Assembly: GCA_965229705.1 (NCBI GenBank) | Contig: OZ245922.1 | Location: 974,763-1,006,762, forward strand | Source: Candidatus Saccharimonadota bacterium | GTDB taxonomy: Bacteria; Patescibacteriota; Gracilibacteria; BD1-5; UBA6164 | Reading direction: 5' to 3' | DNA length: 32,000 nucleotides | Shown here: positions 1 to 10,240 of the stretch, in pieces | Layout: every line of letters begins with the position of its first letter | Position numbering within the stretch: the stretch's first letter is position 1 | Notes under the pieces: model-generated | Told to the model about the DNA's origin: nothing | The model's input: the letters and a program-made list of their open reading frames with translations, nothing else | Database searches by the model: none | Translations under genes and position numbers: made by a program

Positions 1-2
1 AT

Positions 3-317
3 TTTTATAATGAAGTCAAAAAATCATGTCTGAGAGCCTATGAAGCTGAGTCTGATGTTCTTGACTGGATATTTGAAGAGGGAGAGTTGAGTTTTCTTCC
101 AAAGGATATGATAGGAGAGTTTGTAAAAAATAGATTTAATAAGTCTCTCGAGTCTATTGGTATGGAGAAGCTTTTTGAAATAAATGAAGAGCTCTTGCAA
201 GAAACAGACTGGTTTGATGATGAGATTATTGCCACAAAGCATGGGGATTTCTTTTACAAGAGACCCATTAACTATAACAAAAAGTCTAAAAGTATTACGG
301 GAGACGATTTATTTTAA
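3..317 (+). CDS. nrdB: Class I ribonucleotide reductase small (beta/R2) subunit, C-terminal 104 codons; the 5' end is outside the window
   Basis: The frame is open from the window edge and reads FYNEVKKSCLRAYEAESDVLDWIFEEG...DWFDDEIIATKHGDFFYKRPINYNK...ITGDDLF*. The DFF-x-R-x-x-Y block and the acidic/hydrophobic extreme C-terminus (R1-binding tail) are typical of R2. The gene ends 26 nt upstream of the R1 gene. Confidence 0.7.
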   Translation, partial: FYNEVKKSCLRAYEAESDVLDWIFEEGELSFLPKDMIGEFVKNRFNKSLESIGMEKLFEINEELLQETDWFDDEIIATKHGDFFYKRPINYNKKSKSITGDDLF

Positions 318-343
318 ATATTATTTTTTAAACATTTGCAACT

Positions 344-2014
344 ATGAGATGGCTTAATGAACACTCAAAACTTTTTCTGGAAAGAGGATATTTGGTAGAA
401 TGACAAACGGCACAAAAACGACTTCGAGATATTGCAGAAAATGCAGAAAAAATACTCAAAAAACCAGGATTTGCAGATACATTTTATGGATATATGGAAA
501 AAGGGTATTACTCTCTTTCATCTCCTGTTTGGGCAAACTTTGGTCTTGATAGAGGTCTTCCGATTTCTTGTTTTGGTTCATATATTTGAGATGATATGTG
601 AAGTATCCTTCATACGCACGCAGAGGTAGGAATGATGACGAAGTATGGAGGAGGAACAACAGGATATTTTTGAGATTTGCGTCCAAGATGAGCAGAGATA
701 AAAGACAACGGACATTCTTCTGGAGCAGTACACTTTATGAAACTTTTTGATTCGTTGATAGATGTGGTATCTCAGGGAGCTGTAAGACGATGAACATTTG
801 CTACCTATCTTCCTCTTGAACATGCAGATGCAGATGAGTTTTTGGATATTCGTTCAGATGGAAACCCGATTCAGCATATCAATTTTGCCGTAACGGTCAC
901 AGATCAGTGGCTCAATGAAATGGTTGATGGAGATGAAGAAAAACGAAAACTGTGGGCAAAAGTCATTCAACGAAGGAGTGAGTGAGGTCAGCCATATATT
1001 TTCTTTACTGATAATGTCAATAATCATACGGTTGATACATATAAAGACCACAACAAGCGTATTCATATGAGTAATGTGTGTAGCGAGATCATGCTTCCAA
1101 CCGATGAAAATGAGTCATTTGTTTGCTGTCTTTCTTCTATGAATGTTGAGTATTTTGATGAGTGGAAAGATACAGATGCTGTGGAGATTATGACCTATTT
1201 TCTTGATGCCGTGATGCAGGAGTTTATTGAAAAACTTGAAGCACTCAGAGATAGCGATGACCTGCAGAAGCAGAGAGCCTTTGGGTTCATGGAGAGAGCA
1301 TATAACTTTGCATACAATCATAGAGCTCTTGGTCTTGGGATATTTTGATGGCACTCATACTTGCAATCAAAGATGATTCCTTTTGAACATCCAGATGCGA
1401 TGCAGCTCAATAAAACGATTTTTCAGTTTCTTCACGAGAAATCTTACAAAGCGTCAACGCAAATGGCAAAAGAGTATGGAGAAGCTCCACTCACACAAGG
1501 ATATGGAAGAAGAAATACGACCCTGCTTGCAGTTGCTCCAACAACCTCATCAGCGTTTATCATTGGTCAAGCATCTCAATCTATCGAGCCGTGGTGGTCT
1601 AACTGTTATGTAAAAGATCTTGCAAAGATGAAAGTCACAATTAAAAACAAATATCTTGAAGCACTTTTAGAAGAGAAGGGAAAAAATGACAGAGATACAT
1701 GGAACTCGATTCGTGATAATGATGGATCTGTACGACATCTCGATTTTCTCTCAGATCTTGAAAAAGATGTGTTTAAGACTTTTGCGGAAATCAATCAGTT
1801 TGTGATTGTAGCACAAGCAGCTGATCGTCAGCAATATATTGATCAAGGACAGTCACTCAATCTGATGGTTCATCCAGATACACCGGTAAAAGATATCAAT
1901 GCTCTTTACATAGATGCATGGAAGCAAGGAATAAAAACGCTTTATTATCAGCATAGTAAGTCTGCAGCCCAAGAACTTTCGAGAAAGATTAGTTGCGTTG
2001 GGTGTGAAGCGTAA
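344..2014 (+). CDS. nrdA: Class I ribonucleotide reductase large (alpha/R1) subunit, 556 aa, no N-terminal ATP-cone
   Basis: Start is ATG 344. The standard-code fragments (e.g. 1067..1348, 1361..2014) join in one frame through in-frame TGAs. Motifs present are SCFGSYI[G]DDM, KYGGGTTGYF[G]DLRPR[G]AEI, the catalytic loop SNVCSEI and a C-terminal Cys pair (...SCVGCEA*). Confidence 0.9.
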
Positions 2015-2801
2015 ACTCCGTACACTCCTTTTCTCAAAACTCTCATGCTGACTCCTCTATAAATGCTATTCTCTCAGAACTTATAGGATGAGTTGAAAAA
2101 TATACTCCATATTGTTCCCAATCCTCCTGGTTTCTCTCGAAAAATCATATCGCGCAACGAGTGTTCAACTGGAGATCGTGCAAAAGTTCTACTCCTCAAG
2201 CATCTGCGCTTCGTTCTAAACTGCGAGATTGAGTATTGCTAAATATTTGGGCAATCTCACTGATAGGAATACCAGAATCAAACCCCAGAAAAGCAAGACC
2301 AAGAGTCATAGGTGCGTGTACCAGGAGTCATCGAAGAGCGTCCCTATTTTCTAAATGTTCTATTTCATGACCGAGGATAAATAACAGTTCCTCTTCATAC
2401 TGTATTGCTTCTAAGAGTCACCTTGTTATCATGAGGGTTGCTCCTATCATCGCAAAGGCATTTTCTGCTTCTTCCTCAAGAATATAGATGTCATAGTCTT
2501 TACTTTGAGGAAGACGATACTGAAGACGACTCATATCAAGCTTTTCTAGCGAAGTATCAAGAAAGAGGGGACCAAGATATTTCTTTTCTTTTTCGAGGTC
2601 TATGATTAGGAGAACAGACCACGCAAATATCCAAAATGCCACATAACAAAACACTATAGCAGCGATGAGATAGCCAAGCGTTATCATTGCCCACCTCAGA
2701 TTTGGACGCAGAGGAAGTGCTTCGTGAATATTTATAGGAAGCTCTATTTTTTCAATCTCTTTCTTTTTTGTCTCATCTTTCATAGGAAAAAAATTCGTCA
2801 A
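1989..2801 (-). CDS. M48-family zinc metalloprotease (HtpX/Ste24-like), membrane anchored, 270 aa
   Basis: ORF 2418..2801(-) continues through its TGA and five further in-frame TGAs to TAA at 1989. It has an N-terminal TM segment, the motif ILGHEIEHLENRD (HExxH) and a downstream STHPISSERI (THP..eR). The 3' end overlaps the convergent nrdA stop by 26 nt. Confidence 0.75.
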
Positions 2802-2851
2802 AGAGTATTATTTTTTATAATATGAAAATATTATTTTTGTAAATAATCTCT

Positions 2852-5110
2852 ATGTCAAAGGAAAGCAAAATCATACGACCAAAGTTTTGGAGCTTTATGC
2901 TCCCTCGAAGCATAATGCTTGTGATCCTCACCATTATTATGCTATTTGTGAGTATATGACTCATGATGGAAGATATGCTTATAGGAGCAGTAGTAGCTCT
3001 TGTGAGTTTTGTCATAGTATCCTTTCTCTACTATCTTCTCTATGTGATGTACACAAAAGAGTCATATCACTTCGAAGGAAATAAAATAGTGAGATACTAT
3101 GGAACACTTTTTTCTGATAATCATCTGGAGTTACAGCTTCATCGAACAGCAATCCTGCGTCTTACCAGGCCATTTCTTTTACAAATATTTTTTTGAACTG
3201 GACATATTGCTATTCAGGCAGCAGGAAGTTCGGGAGCAAGATTTTTTCTCCAACATATAGGGAATCCTAAAGAGGTCTATGAAGAAATTCAATGATACCT
3301 GCAAGAATCGTGATTTCACCTCAAGAAAGAAAAACTCGTCCAAGAGGCTCGTCCTCATCCACTTGGAGTGTTTTGAGAAATAGGAAAGAAACTCGCAGTA
3401 ACAATATTTTTTACGGCGTATATTCTTGGTTCAATCATATATGAGTTTTCTTCACAGCTCAGTTTTGCTGGATTAGGATTTCTATCATATTTTAGCAGCT
3501 GAACTCTCATCTTGATCATATTGGGAGTATATATCTCTTTGAGCTATATGGATCTCAAGAGAAGGCGTTACAACATATATGAAGATGCAGTTGAGTTTTA
3601 TGAGTGATTTCTTACAAAAAGATATAGTGTGATTCCTATGGAAAATGTGAGCGATGTAGAAAACACGCAAAGTTTTCTCTCAAAGATTTTTGGCTTACAT
3701 GATATAAAAGTGAGTTGTGCATGATGAGAAAACGAAGTGCTATTTAAAAATATGACGCAGGGAGAAAAGATGATAGAAAATCTCAAATTTCTTAAAAATG
3801 AGATTATCCCAAAAGAGAGAGCAAAAAGTATCCCAAAAGACACTCGTTCTCTTATCAGCTTTATCGATAAGATTGAGGAGCCTCTAAAGTACGATGAGTG
3901 ATTTACCGGAGAATATAGGATGAAGTATATCAGATCTATCGCGCCATACCTGCTCTTTCTTATTCCACCACTTACCCCTGTGGGTATTGGGATGATTGTA
4001 TGGGAAACTCTTAGAGTAAAATTTACTGATTATAGTATCACTCCGTCAAGCATTGATAAGAGATTTCATTTTCTCTCAAACAAACATGTGAGCTACAGTA
4101 TTGAGAAGATTACAGGAATGATAGTGAAGAGAAATGTCATTGATATTATTTTTGGGACATGCTCTGTGAGCTTTTTGTCTCTTGGTTCAAGTGGAACGCT
4201 TGATTTTTCCAATATTGCATATAGCGAAGATATTGAGAAACATATGAGGCAAAAGGTCTGAATATATCTTCCTAAAGAACAACCTATTCTTCCTATTCGG
4301 TTTGGATATATAAACTTTTTTAAGGCAAATATTTTTTGGTCATGGTTTCTACCACTTTCTTTACCGATATATGCTTATAAGCTCTTTTTTTATTCACAGC
4401 GATTTTACAAAAATATATTTTTTGATGAGTGTATTTGTGCAAAAAAGGGAATTTTTATGCAAACAACTTTTTACGCTCTTTCGAGAAATATCAAATGAAT
4501 CACTTCTGTGAAGTATCCTCTTACTCAGGTAGGACAACTGAACTTGAATGTTGCAGGAGAGAAAATGATTCAAAGCAAAAATAAAAAAGGCTCATGACAA
4601 TGAATTATGCTGTTATCTCATAAAATACATATTCCATATCTAGATAACGTACAAGATGCTCAGGATTATTTTGATACGAGATTTTTTGGGACATGATTTT
4701 CTCGTGAAATGGTGGTTGAGACTTGACAGTCAGTAAAAAATACGCTTTTCTCTCTTAGTATTCCTTTTGCGATATTTATAGCATACATTTTTAGTCAAGG
4801 TATTATGTGACTTCTTGTATGTATAGCGCTTTTGTTAGGGTGCGCATGAATGATAGTATGGGTAATTCGTATGAGGTATTTTCGTTTGGAGAAGTCGAGA
4901 GTGATTTTCGGATCATGAATTATCTATAAAAGACGGCAGTCTATCTTGTACTCAAAATTGAACTTTATCGAGCTCAATAGATGATTTCTCAATAAGATTT
5001 TTACAAATGGGAGTATTGGAATATATACACTTGGGAGTACTTCTCGTGAGATGACGCTCAGAGATATAGATGAGTACCAAAACTTGTATGAGCTCTTACA
5101 AACTCAATAG
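2852..5110 (+). CDS. Membrane protein with about five bPH_2 (YdbS/YdbT-like bacterial PH) repeats, 752 aa
   Basis: One frame runs from ATG 2852 to TAG 5108-5110 and joins ORFs 2963..3196 and 3920..4261 through many TGAs. A pattern recurs: a hydrophobic hairpin followed by Y-x-(F/I)-...-G-(F/I)L-...-(I/V)P-...-I-...-FG-...-(I/L)-...-G. Examples are YNIYEDAVEFYE[G]FLTKRYSVIPMENVSDVENTQSFLSKIFGLHDIKVS and YFRLEKSRVIFGS[G]IIYKRRQSILYSKLNFIELNR[G]FLNKIF. Confidence 0.6.
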
Positions 5111-5164
5111 GGAAATACTAAGAAACTGCGAAAAAACTTCGTATTCTAGACGGTTTTTCCCTTG

Positions 5165-5560
5165 TTATTCACTTCAAAGATTTTCCTCCATTCTTTGCAT
5201 AATCTCTTTTGAAAGTGAGCTTTCATCTTGCTCCATGAGGTGTAGAAGAACTTCGCTTGATAGGACAATGACCTCAAGTTCTTGAGTGGCAACTACGCTT
5301 GCGCTTCGAACCTCTTCACTGAGAAGAGCCATTTCTCCAAAGATATCTCAAGTTCTCATGATATGCCGTGATCCTTGGGGTGTTGATACTTCGACAGATC
5401 CAGAAAGAATAATATATCATTCCCCATTTGGTTCCTCTCCTTGAGAAATAATAGTTTCTCCCTCGAGAAATTTCTTGGTACTACTAGCGGCGATAATCTC
5501 CTCTATCACTTCGTCTTTGAGACCTTGGAATATTTTGAGATGAGAATAATAGGAACTCAT
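5165..5560 (-). CDS. Stand-alone cyclic-nucleotide-binding (CAP/Crp effector-type) domain protein, 131 aa, no HTH
   Basis: ORF 5417..5641(-) extends through two in-frame TGAs, with a third near the 3' end, to TAA at 5165. It reads FQGLKDEVIEEII...KKFLEGETIISQGEEPNGE[G]YIILSGSVEV...[G]DIFGEMALLSEEVRSASVVA, the classic cNMP beta-roll with the FGE motif. I prefer ATG 5560 as the start. An upstream ATG at 5641 would add 27 aa that look like translated AT-rich leader. Confidence 0.65.
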
Positions 5561-5816
5561 AATCTTTATATTTAAGAAATAAAAAATACTTGCTTTAGGA
5601 AATGCGGAAAAAATTCGTATTTTATCGTCAAAAACCAACATTAACTAGTACGCTTATTTCAGCCAAGTTGATTTTTCCTTGAACTACTTGTTTTTACACA
5701 TTTCTTATTTTCTATGCTTACTGTTAGTATAGGCTATATTTTTTTTATAAGCAAATAATTGCTCTGAGTATCATAATATGATACGATACTTTCAGTAGAA
5801 GTATAAAAAGAGTATT

Positions 5817-6659
5817 ATGAGTATGCAACATTTTCTTGAAACTTTGAGTGTATTTTATATTTCTCCCTCTATGATGGGGATAGTTTTTGTGATGTTGTTT
5901 CTTTTAGGAATTTCTTTTCTTTTTACGAGATTCCCTGAGAGTAACTTTTCTCTTGTATGAGATATGTTTTACGAAAAAATATTTTCTTTTTTTGATGACC
6001 TTTTATGAAGCGACTTTTCTCTTGGTACAAAAACATTTATTGTGAGTCTCTTTTTCATTATTCTTTTCACAAATATTCTTGGAATATTTTTGGATTTTTT
6101 GGCTCCTATCTTTGGTGTGAGTGAAGGGGGCTTTGTTTTGGAAAAATTTATTCGTATTCCGAGCGCTGATGTTCAGTTTAATATGGCATTAGCAATCGTC
6201 AGTATGGTACTGCTCATCTATTTACAGTTTTTAGCTCTTGGAAAAAAAGATTTTTTTCTGAGCTATTTTCCGATATATGGGAAAGGATATCTAGAATTGC
6301 AGAAGGGAAGTATGAACCATATTTTGTATTGGATCGTTTTTCCTTTGGTCAAAATTTTTGATATTCTTATATCATTTTTTCTGAGTTTTTTGGATATTAT
6401 TGGCTTGTTTGCAAAGGTCATTTCTCTGTCGTTTCGTCTTTTTTGAAATATTGTTTCAGGCGGAGTTCTCCTAGCGATACTCATAGTTGCTCTTGGGAAC
6501 TTTACGGAGTCCCTTACAAGTTTTATGGGAGGGATTCATTTTCCTGTAATACTTCCGTTGATAGTATATGCGCAGTCACTGCTTATAGCAGTGATACAGG
6601 CTCTGGTATTTTCTCTCTTGGTTGCGATATTTATGAAGGTAAGTCAGGGGGAGAATTAG
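5817..6659 (+). CDS. atpB: F-type ATPase Fo subunit a, extra copy (a1) belonging to an F1-less a/c-c/b module, 280 aa
   Basis: The frame from ATG 5817 joins to ORF 6042..6446 and onward through three TGAs. The protein is polytopic and hydrophobic. It carries the stator-arginine motif LSFRLF[G]NIVSGGVLL and the C-terminal helix AVIQALVFSLLVAIF. Confidence 0.85.
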
Positions 6660-6737
6660 GAGACAAGAGGCTACTTTTTTGCACTTATAATAAAAGTATG
6701 ATAGCATAGAAATATATTATTTCTTACACAGACACTT

Positions 6738-7187
6738 ATGGATATCTCGGCAATTTCACTTTGAGCGTCACTTTCAGTATGACTTGCAGGAATCTGAGTA
6801 GCTCTTGGTCAATCAGGACTTGCAAGAACAGCTATCGAAATGATAGGGAAGTCGCCACGACTCTCAGGAACTATGCTTATTTATACTATTCTTGGATTGG
6901 CACTTGTCGAAACAGCAATTATTTATGGACTGGTAGTAGCTTTTTCGATTATCGGAGCAACAGATGTAGGGAGTAGCCATCTTATAGGCGCTGGTCTTGT
7001 TATGGGTCTTACAGCTTTTTGAGCTGGTTATGGTGAAGGGAGACTTCTCTGCGCTGCTCTTGAAGCCGTAAATAGAAACCCAGAGAACAAGGCGCAAATA
7101 CTTCAGTATATGGTACTTTTTGCAGCACTTGTCGAGACTTCTGCTATATATGGACTGATTATTGCGATGAAACTCCTTAACGCTTAA
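6738..7187 (+). CDS. atpE: Fused tandem (double-hairpin, 4-TM) F/V-type proteolipid c-c subunit, 149 aa; both hairpins keep the carboxylate
   Basis: ATG 6738 to TAA 7185-7187, with four in-frame TGAs. Hairpin 1 reads GIGVALGQSGLARTAIEMIGKSPR...LALVETAIIYGLVVAF. Hairpin 2 reads AF[G]AGYGEGRLLCAALEAVNRNPE...AALVETSAIYGLIIAM. Each aligns position by position with a canonical c-subunit hairpin. Confidence 0.85.
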
Positions 7188-7192
7188 ATATC

Positions 7193-7660
7193 ATGCTCCA
7201 AATAGACATATACATTCTTTTTGCGCAAATAATCAATTTTTGAATTCTCTTTTTTATATTCAAAAAATATATTGCCAATGCGATGAATGCTCGAATACAG
7301 GAGCGCAGAAGAGAGCTAGAAAAACTCAAAAAAGCCGATGAACACTACGAACAAAAAATGTCTCTTGCACAACAACAAAAAAAAGAAATACTTGATACCG
7401 CTCGAGAAACAAGCTCAGCATTGATGAAAGAGTCAGAAGTGATTATACAACAAAAGGTAGGAACAATTATTGCAAAAGCCAAGCAAGAAGCTCTTGCTAT
7501 TTTGGAGAGTGGTAAACGCGAGCTGGAAAAAGACCGTCTTTCTATGCTCTCTCAGATGAAGTCTCATATTATTGATGTCTCACTCAAACTGAATGAGAAA
7601 ATGTTTGGAAAATGAAAAACCAATAAAGAGTTTTTAGAAAAAGAGTTAGAGAATTTATAG
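7193..7660 (+). CDS. atpF: F-type ATPase Fo subunit b, extra copy (b1), 155 aa
   Basis: ATG 7193 lies 5 nt after the c-c stop. One N-terminal TM segment (IYILFAQIINF[G]ILFFIF) is followed by a long charged coiled-coil region. The C-terminal block LKLNEKMF matches the LKLNEKLF of the second b gene. Two in-frame TGAs; stop TAG 7658-7660. Confidence 0.8.
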
Positions 7661-7674
7661 AAAGCTCTGAATTT

Positions 7675-7708
7675 AAACCCCGGGGTATAATACCCCGGGG
7701 TTTATTTT
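7675..7708 (+). terminator. Rho-independent terminator closing the a1/c-c/b1 unit
   Basis: AAACCCCGGGG (7675-7685) and CCCCGGGGTTT (7693-7703) form a perfect 11-bp GC-rich stem with loop TATAATA. A T-rich tail (ATTTT) follows. Confidence 0.8.
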
Positions 7709-7851
7709 GAGTGGAGGTTGGTGTGAACTCGAAGATTTTTTCTTCTTTACATACTCATAAATCCAATACAATAAAAAGTAAGATATATTCTCTTGCTTTT
7801 TCATGCTCAAAATCTCTCTCAAAATCTTTGTAATAATTCTCTGAAATTTAT

Positions 7852-7879
7852 TTGCGTTTCTCACTCTTTGACTTATACT
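7852..7879 (+). promoter_or_regulatory. Candidate sigma70-type promoter for the main atp operon
   Basis: TTGCGT (7852-7857), a 16-nt spacer, then TATACT (7874-7879), about 30 nt upstream of the small leader ORF. The call rests on pattern match only. Confidence 0.3.
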
Positions 7880-7910
7880 TGGGCGCGTTTTTAATGCAGA
7901 GGCACAATGG

Positions 7911-8018
7911 ATGATAATCATGATGGTTCTTTCCATACTTCCCCTGTACTGGTTTCTCATCAGCGTTATGAGAAATTTTCGAAAAGAATCAGAATTATTA
8001 TATAAAGATCCAGAGTAA
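7911..8018 (+). CDS. Small hydrophobic ORF (35 aa), possibly an AtpI/AtpZ-like operon-leader membrane peptide
   Basis: It reads MIIMMVLSILPLYWFLISVMRNFRKESELLYKDPE*. Its TAA (8016-8018) directly abuts the atpB ATG (8019), which suggests translational coupling. I recognise no family-level motif. Confidence 0.3.
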   Translation: MIIMMVLSILPLYWFLISVMRNFRKESELLYKDPE

Positions 8019-8858
8019 ATGGCTGAAGCATATCCTGAAAAAACAGATACCACTCCTATTGGAGAAACCTCTCACGCGCAGTCACATCATGAGTGACCAC
8101 ATATTCCTTTAATACAAGGAGAGACTGTGTATGGTCCGATTTCTAATACGACACTTACCAGTTTTATATTTTTGGTTATTGTCTTTTTTGTTGCTATTTC
8201 AGCAAAGAAAGCCCTCCTCAATAATAAAAAATCAAAACCCAAGCTCTTTTTTCTCACTTTTGTAAAATTTTTTGATGATCAGCTTCGAGATGCTTTTGGA
8301 AATAAGAAAATGGCAAGAGCCTATTTTCCCCTCATCGTAGGAATGTTTTTTCTCATACTTTTTGGAAATCTCTTTTGACTCCTCATAGACTGGTTTGGTC
8401 TTTCAGTTATGCCAAATATCCTTTACTACTTGAGACCTATGCATAGTGACATGAATACTACTCTTGTACTTGCGAGTATTACCGTTGTAATACTTCTCAC
8501 AATACAGATAAAAACTCATGGGACAGGAGGAATGCTCAAATCATATTTATGGAACTTTCAGGGAGACGGCATCATGTCAAAATGTATAAATGTCTTTGTT
8601 GGATGGCTTCATCTTATTGGTATTCCAGCGACTCTAGCATCTCTTTCTCTTCGTTTATTTGGAAATATTTTTGCGGGAATCGTTTTGATTGGAGTGATAA
8701 GTTATTTGATGGCATGAGCAACATGAGCAGTTTTTGAGATTGGAAGATTGGCAGTAATACCGTTTTGGTTTTTTGAAGTATTTGTCGCGCTGATTCAGGC
8801 GATCGTTTTTACATTTTTGATGATTGCATACTTTAAGTGAGCAAGCGAACACCACTAA
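8019..8858 (+). CDS. atpB: F-type ATP synthase Fo subunit a (a2), 279 aa
   Basis: ATG 8019. ORFs 8127..8378 and 8409..8717 join in frame through TGAs. Motifs are LSLRLFGNIFAGIVL (essential Arg) and ALIQAIVFTFLMIAYF. Stop TAA 8856-8858. Confidence 0.92.
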
Positions 8859-8927
8859 AAAGTAAGATACATATTTTCTCTTTATTTTTCAAGAAGAGAA
8901 AATATAATTTTATTTTTTATACTATAA

Positions 8928-9158
<231 letters not shown>

Positions 9159-9274
9159 ATATGCAGAAGCTTTGTGCTTCTTTGCTCTCGCTTTGCAGTG
9201 TGCTTCGCGGGATGAGTAAAAAGAATAGATGAGTTTTTACATGCAAAAAGTATTTTTATTATGTGAGCATCACT

Positions 9275-9283
9275 TGGTATAAT
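9275..9283 (+). promoter_or_regulatory. Candidate extended -10 promoter element (TGgTATAAT) in the atpE-atpF spacer
   Basis: TGGTATAAT at 9275-9283 lies 63 nt upstream of the atpF ATG, inside an unusually long 187-nt spacer. I see no good -35. Confidence 0.3.
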
Positions 9284-9345
9284 ATTTTTTACTCTGTATC
9301 TCATTATCTTTAAGTATTTTTAATAAGTAATTTATAATTGATTTT

Positions 9346-9846
9346 ATGGCAGCACAACAAGCCCAAGGACTTATAAATCTTCAATTTGTCACAGTAGAAA
9401 CATTTATTATTCAGTTTATTATACTCTTAGTAGTATTATGGGTATTGAATAAATTTGTTTTCAAACCATATCTTGCGTATCTCGATGAATGGGAGGCAAA
9501 ACAAGAAAAGGTGCAAGAAGACTATAATAACGCTGAAAAAATACTTGAAGAAAAGCGTCAACAGTGAGATAAGATGCTCGAGAATGCTCGCATGAAATGA
9601 AACCTACTCATAGAAGAGTCGGAAACACTTGCAAAACAAAAAAAGGAAAAAATACTTCTTGATGCTGAGACAGAAGCTCAAAATGCTGTAAACGCTGGAC
9701 AGAAACAAATAGAACAAGAACGCCGATGAATGCTTTCGGATATGAAAGAAAATGTTATGAACCTGGCACTTAAACTCAATGAGAAACTTTTTCAAGATGA
9801 AAAAGCCTCAAAAGATTTTATGAAAAAGCATATAGATACCCTTTAA
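9346..9846 (+). CDS. atpF: F-type ATP synthase Fo subunit b (b2), 166 aa
   Basis: ORF 9346..9567 continues through three TGAs to TAA 9844-9846. It has an N-terminal TM segment (FIIQFIILLVVLWVLNKFVF), a charged coiled coil and the C-terminal LKLNEKLF block. Confidence 0.88.
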
Positions 9847-9858
9847 TAACTGATATAC

Positions 9859-10206
9859 ATGCAATACATTGATACGCTTGATGCATCTTCCGCAACGGTA
9901 GTGCTTTGAGAACTCAAAAAATACGCTGAACTGAGAAAGAAGCTCGGAAAAAGAGGGAGAGATCTTTTTCATCGCAAACTTAGTGGTCAAAAACATCTTG
10001 TTGTAGAGCATGCGCAAAGCGTCTCTGAGGATATGGCGTGGCAGCACGCTGAGTGAGTATTTGAAAAAACTTTTTGACACAAGACAGAAAAACGGCAGGT
10101 AGTATTTGTTCCTCGATCATCTCTCAAAGGCTGAATGAAAGTATATCTTGATGATATGATGGTTGATGTGAGCTTTAAAAAAGTAGAAAAACACATGCAA
10201 AAATAA
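9859..10206 (+). CDS. atpH: F-type ATP synthase subunit delta (OSCP), unusually short at 115 aa
   Basis: The position between atpF and atpA supports the call. The C-terminal part reads VVFVPRSSLKG[G]MKVYLDDMMVDVSFKKVEKHM, which matches the delta C-terminal signature (..liGG..v..gd...D.S....l). Only about 35 aa precede the C-terminal domain. Confidence 0.6.
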
Positions 10207-10240
10207 AAAACATAATTTTATAATCTAAACAAAATAAAAT

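Noticed and set aside
5817-7660. The first a/c-c/b set could be interpreted as an N-ATPase operon.
   Set aside because: N-ATPase operons carry their own beta, epsilon, alpha and gamma genes plus atpQ/atpR in a characteristic order. None of these accompany this module in the window, which is bounded by a divergent cNMP gene and a terminator. I cannot exclude a split operon elsewhere in the genome.
7673-8053. A 126-aa minus-strand ORF spans the inter-operon region.
   Set aside because: It runs across the Fo-module terminator hairpin, the candidate promoter and the atpB start. Its sequence looks like translated AT-rich spacer, and a co-oriented small ORF plus atpB explain the region better.
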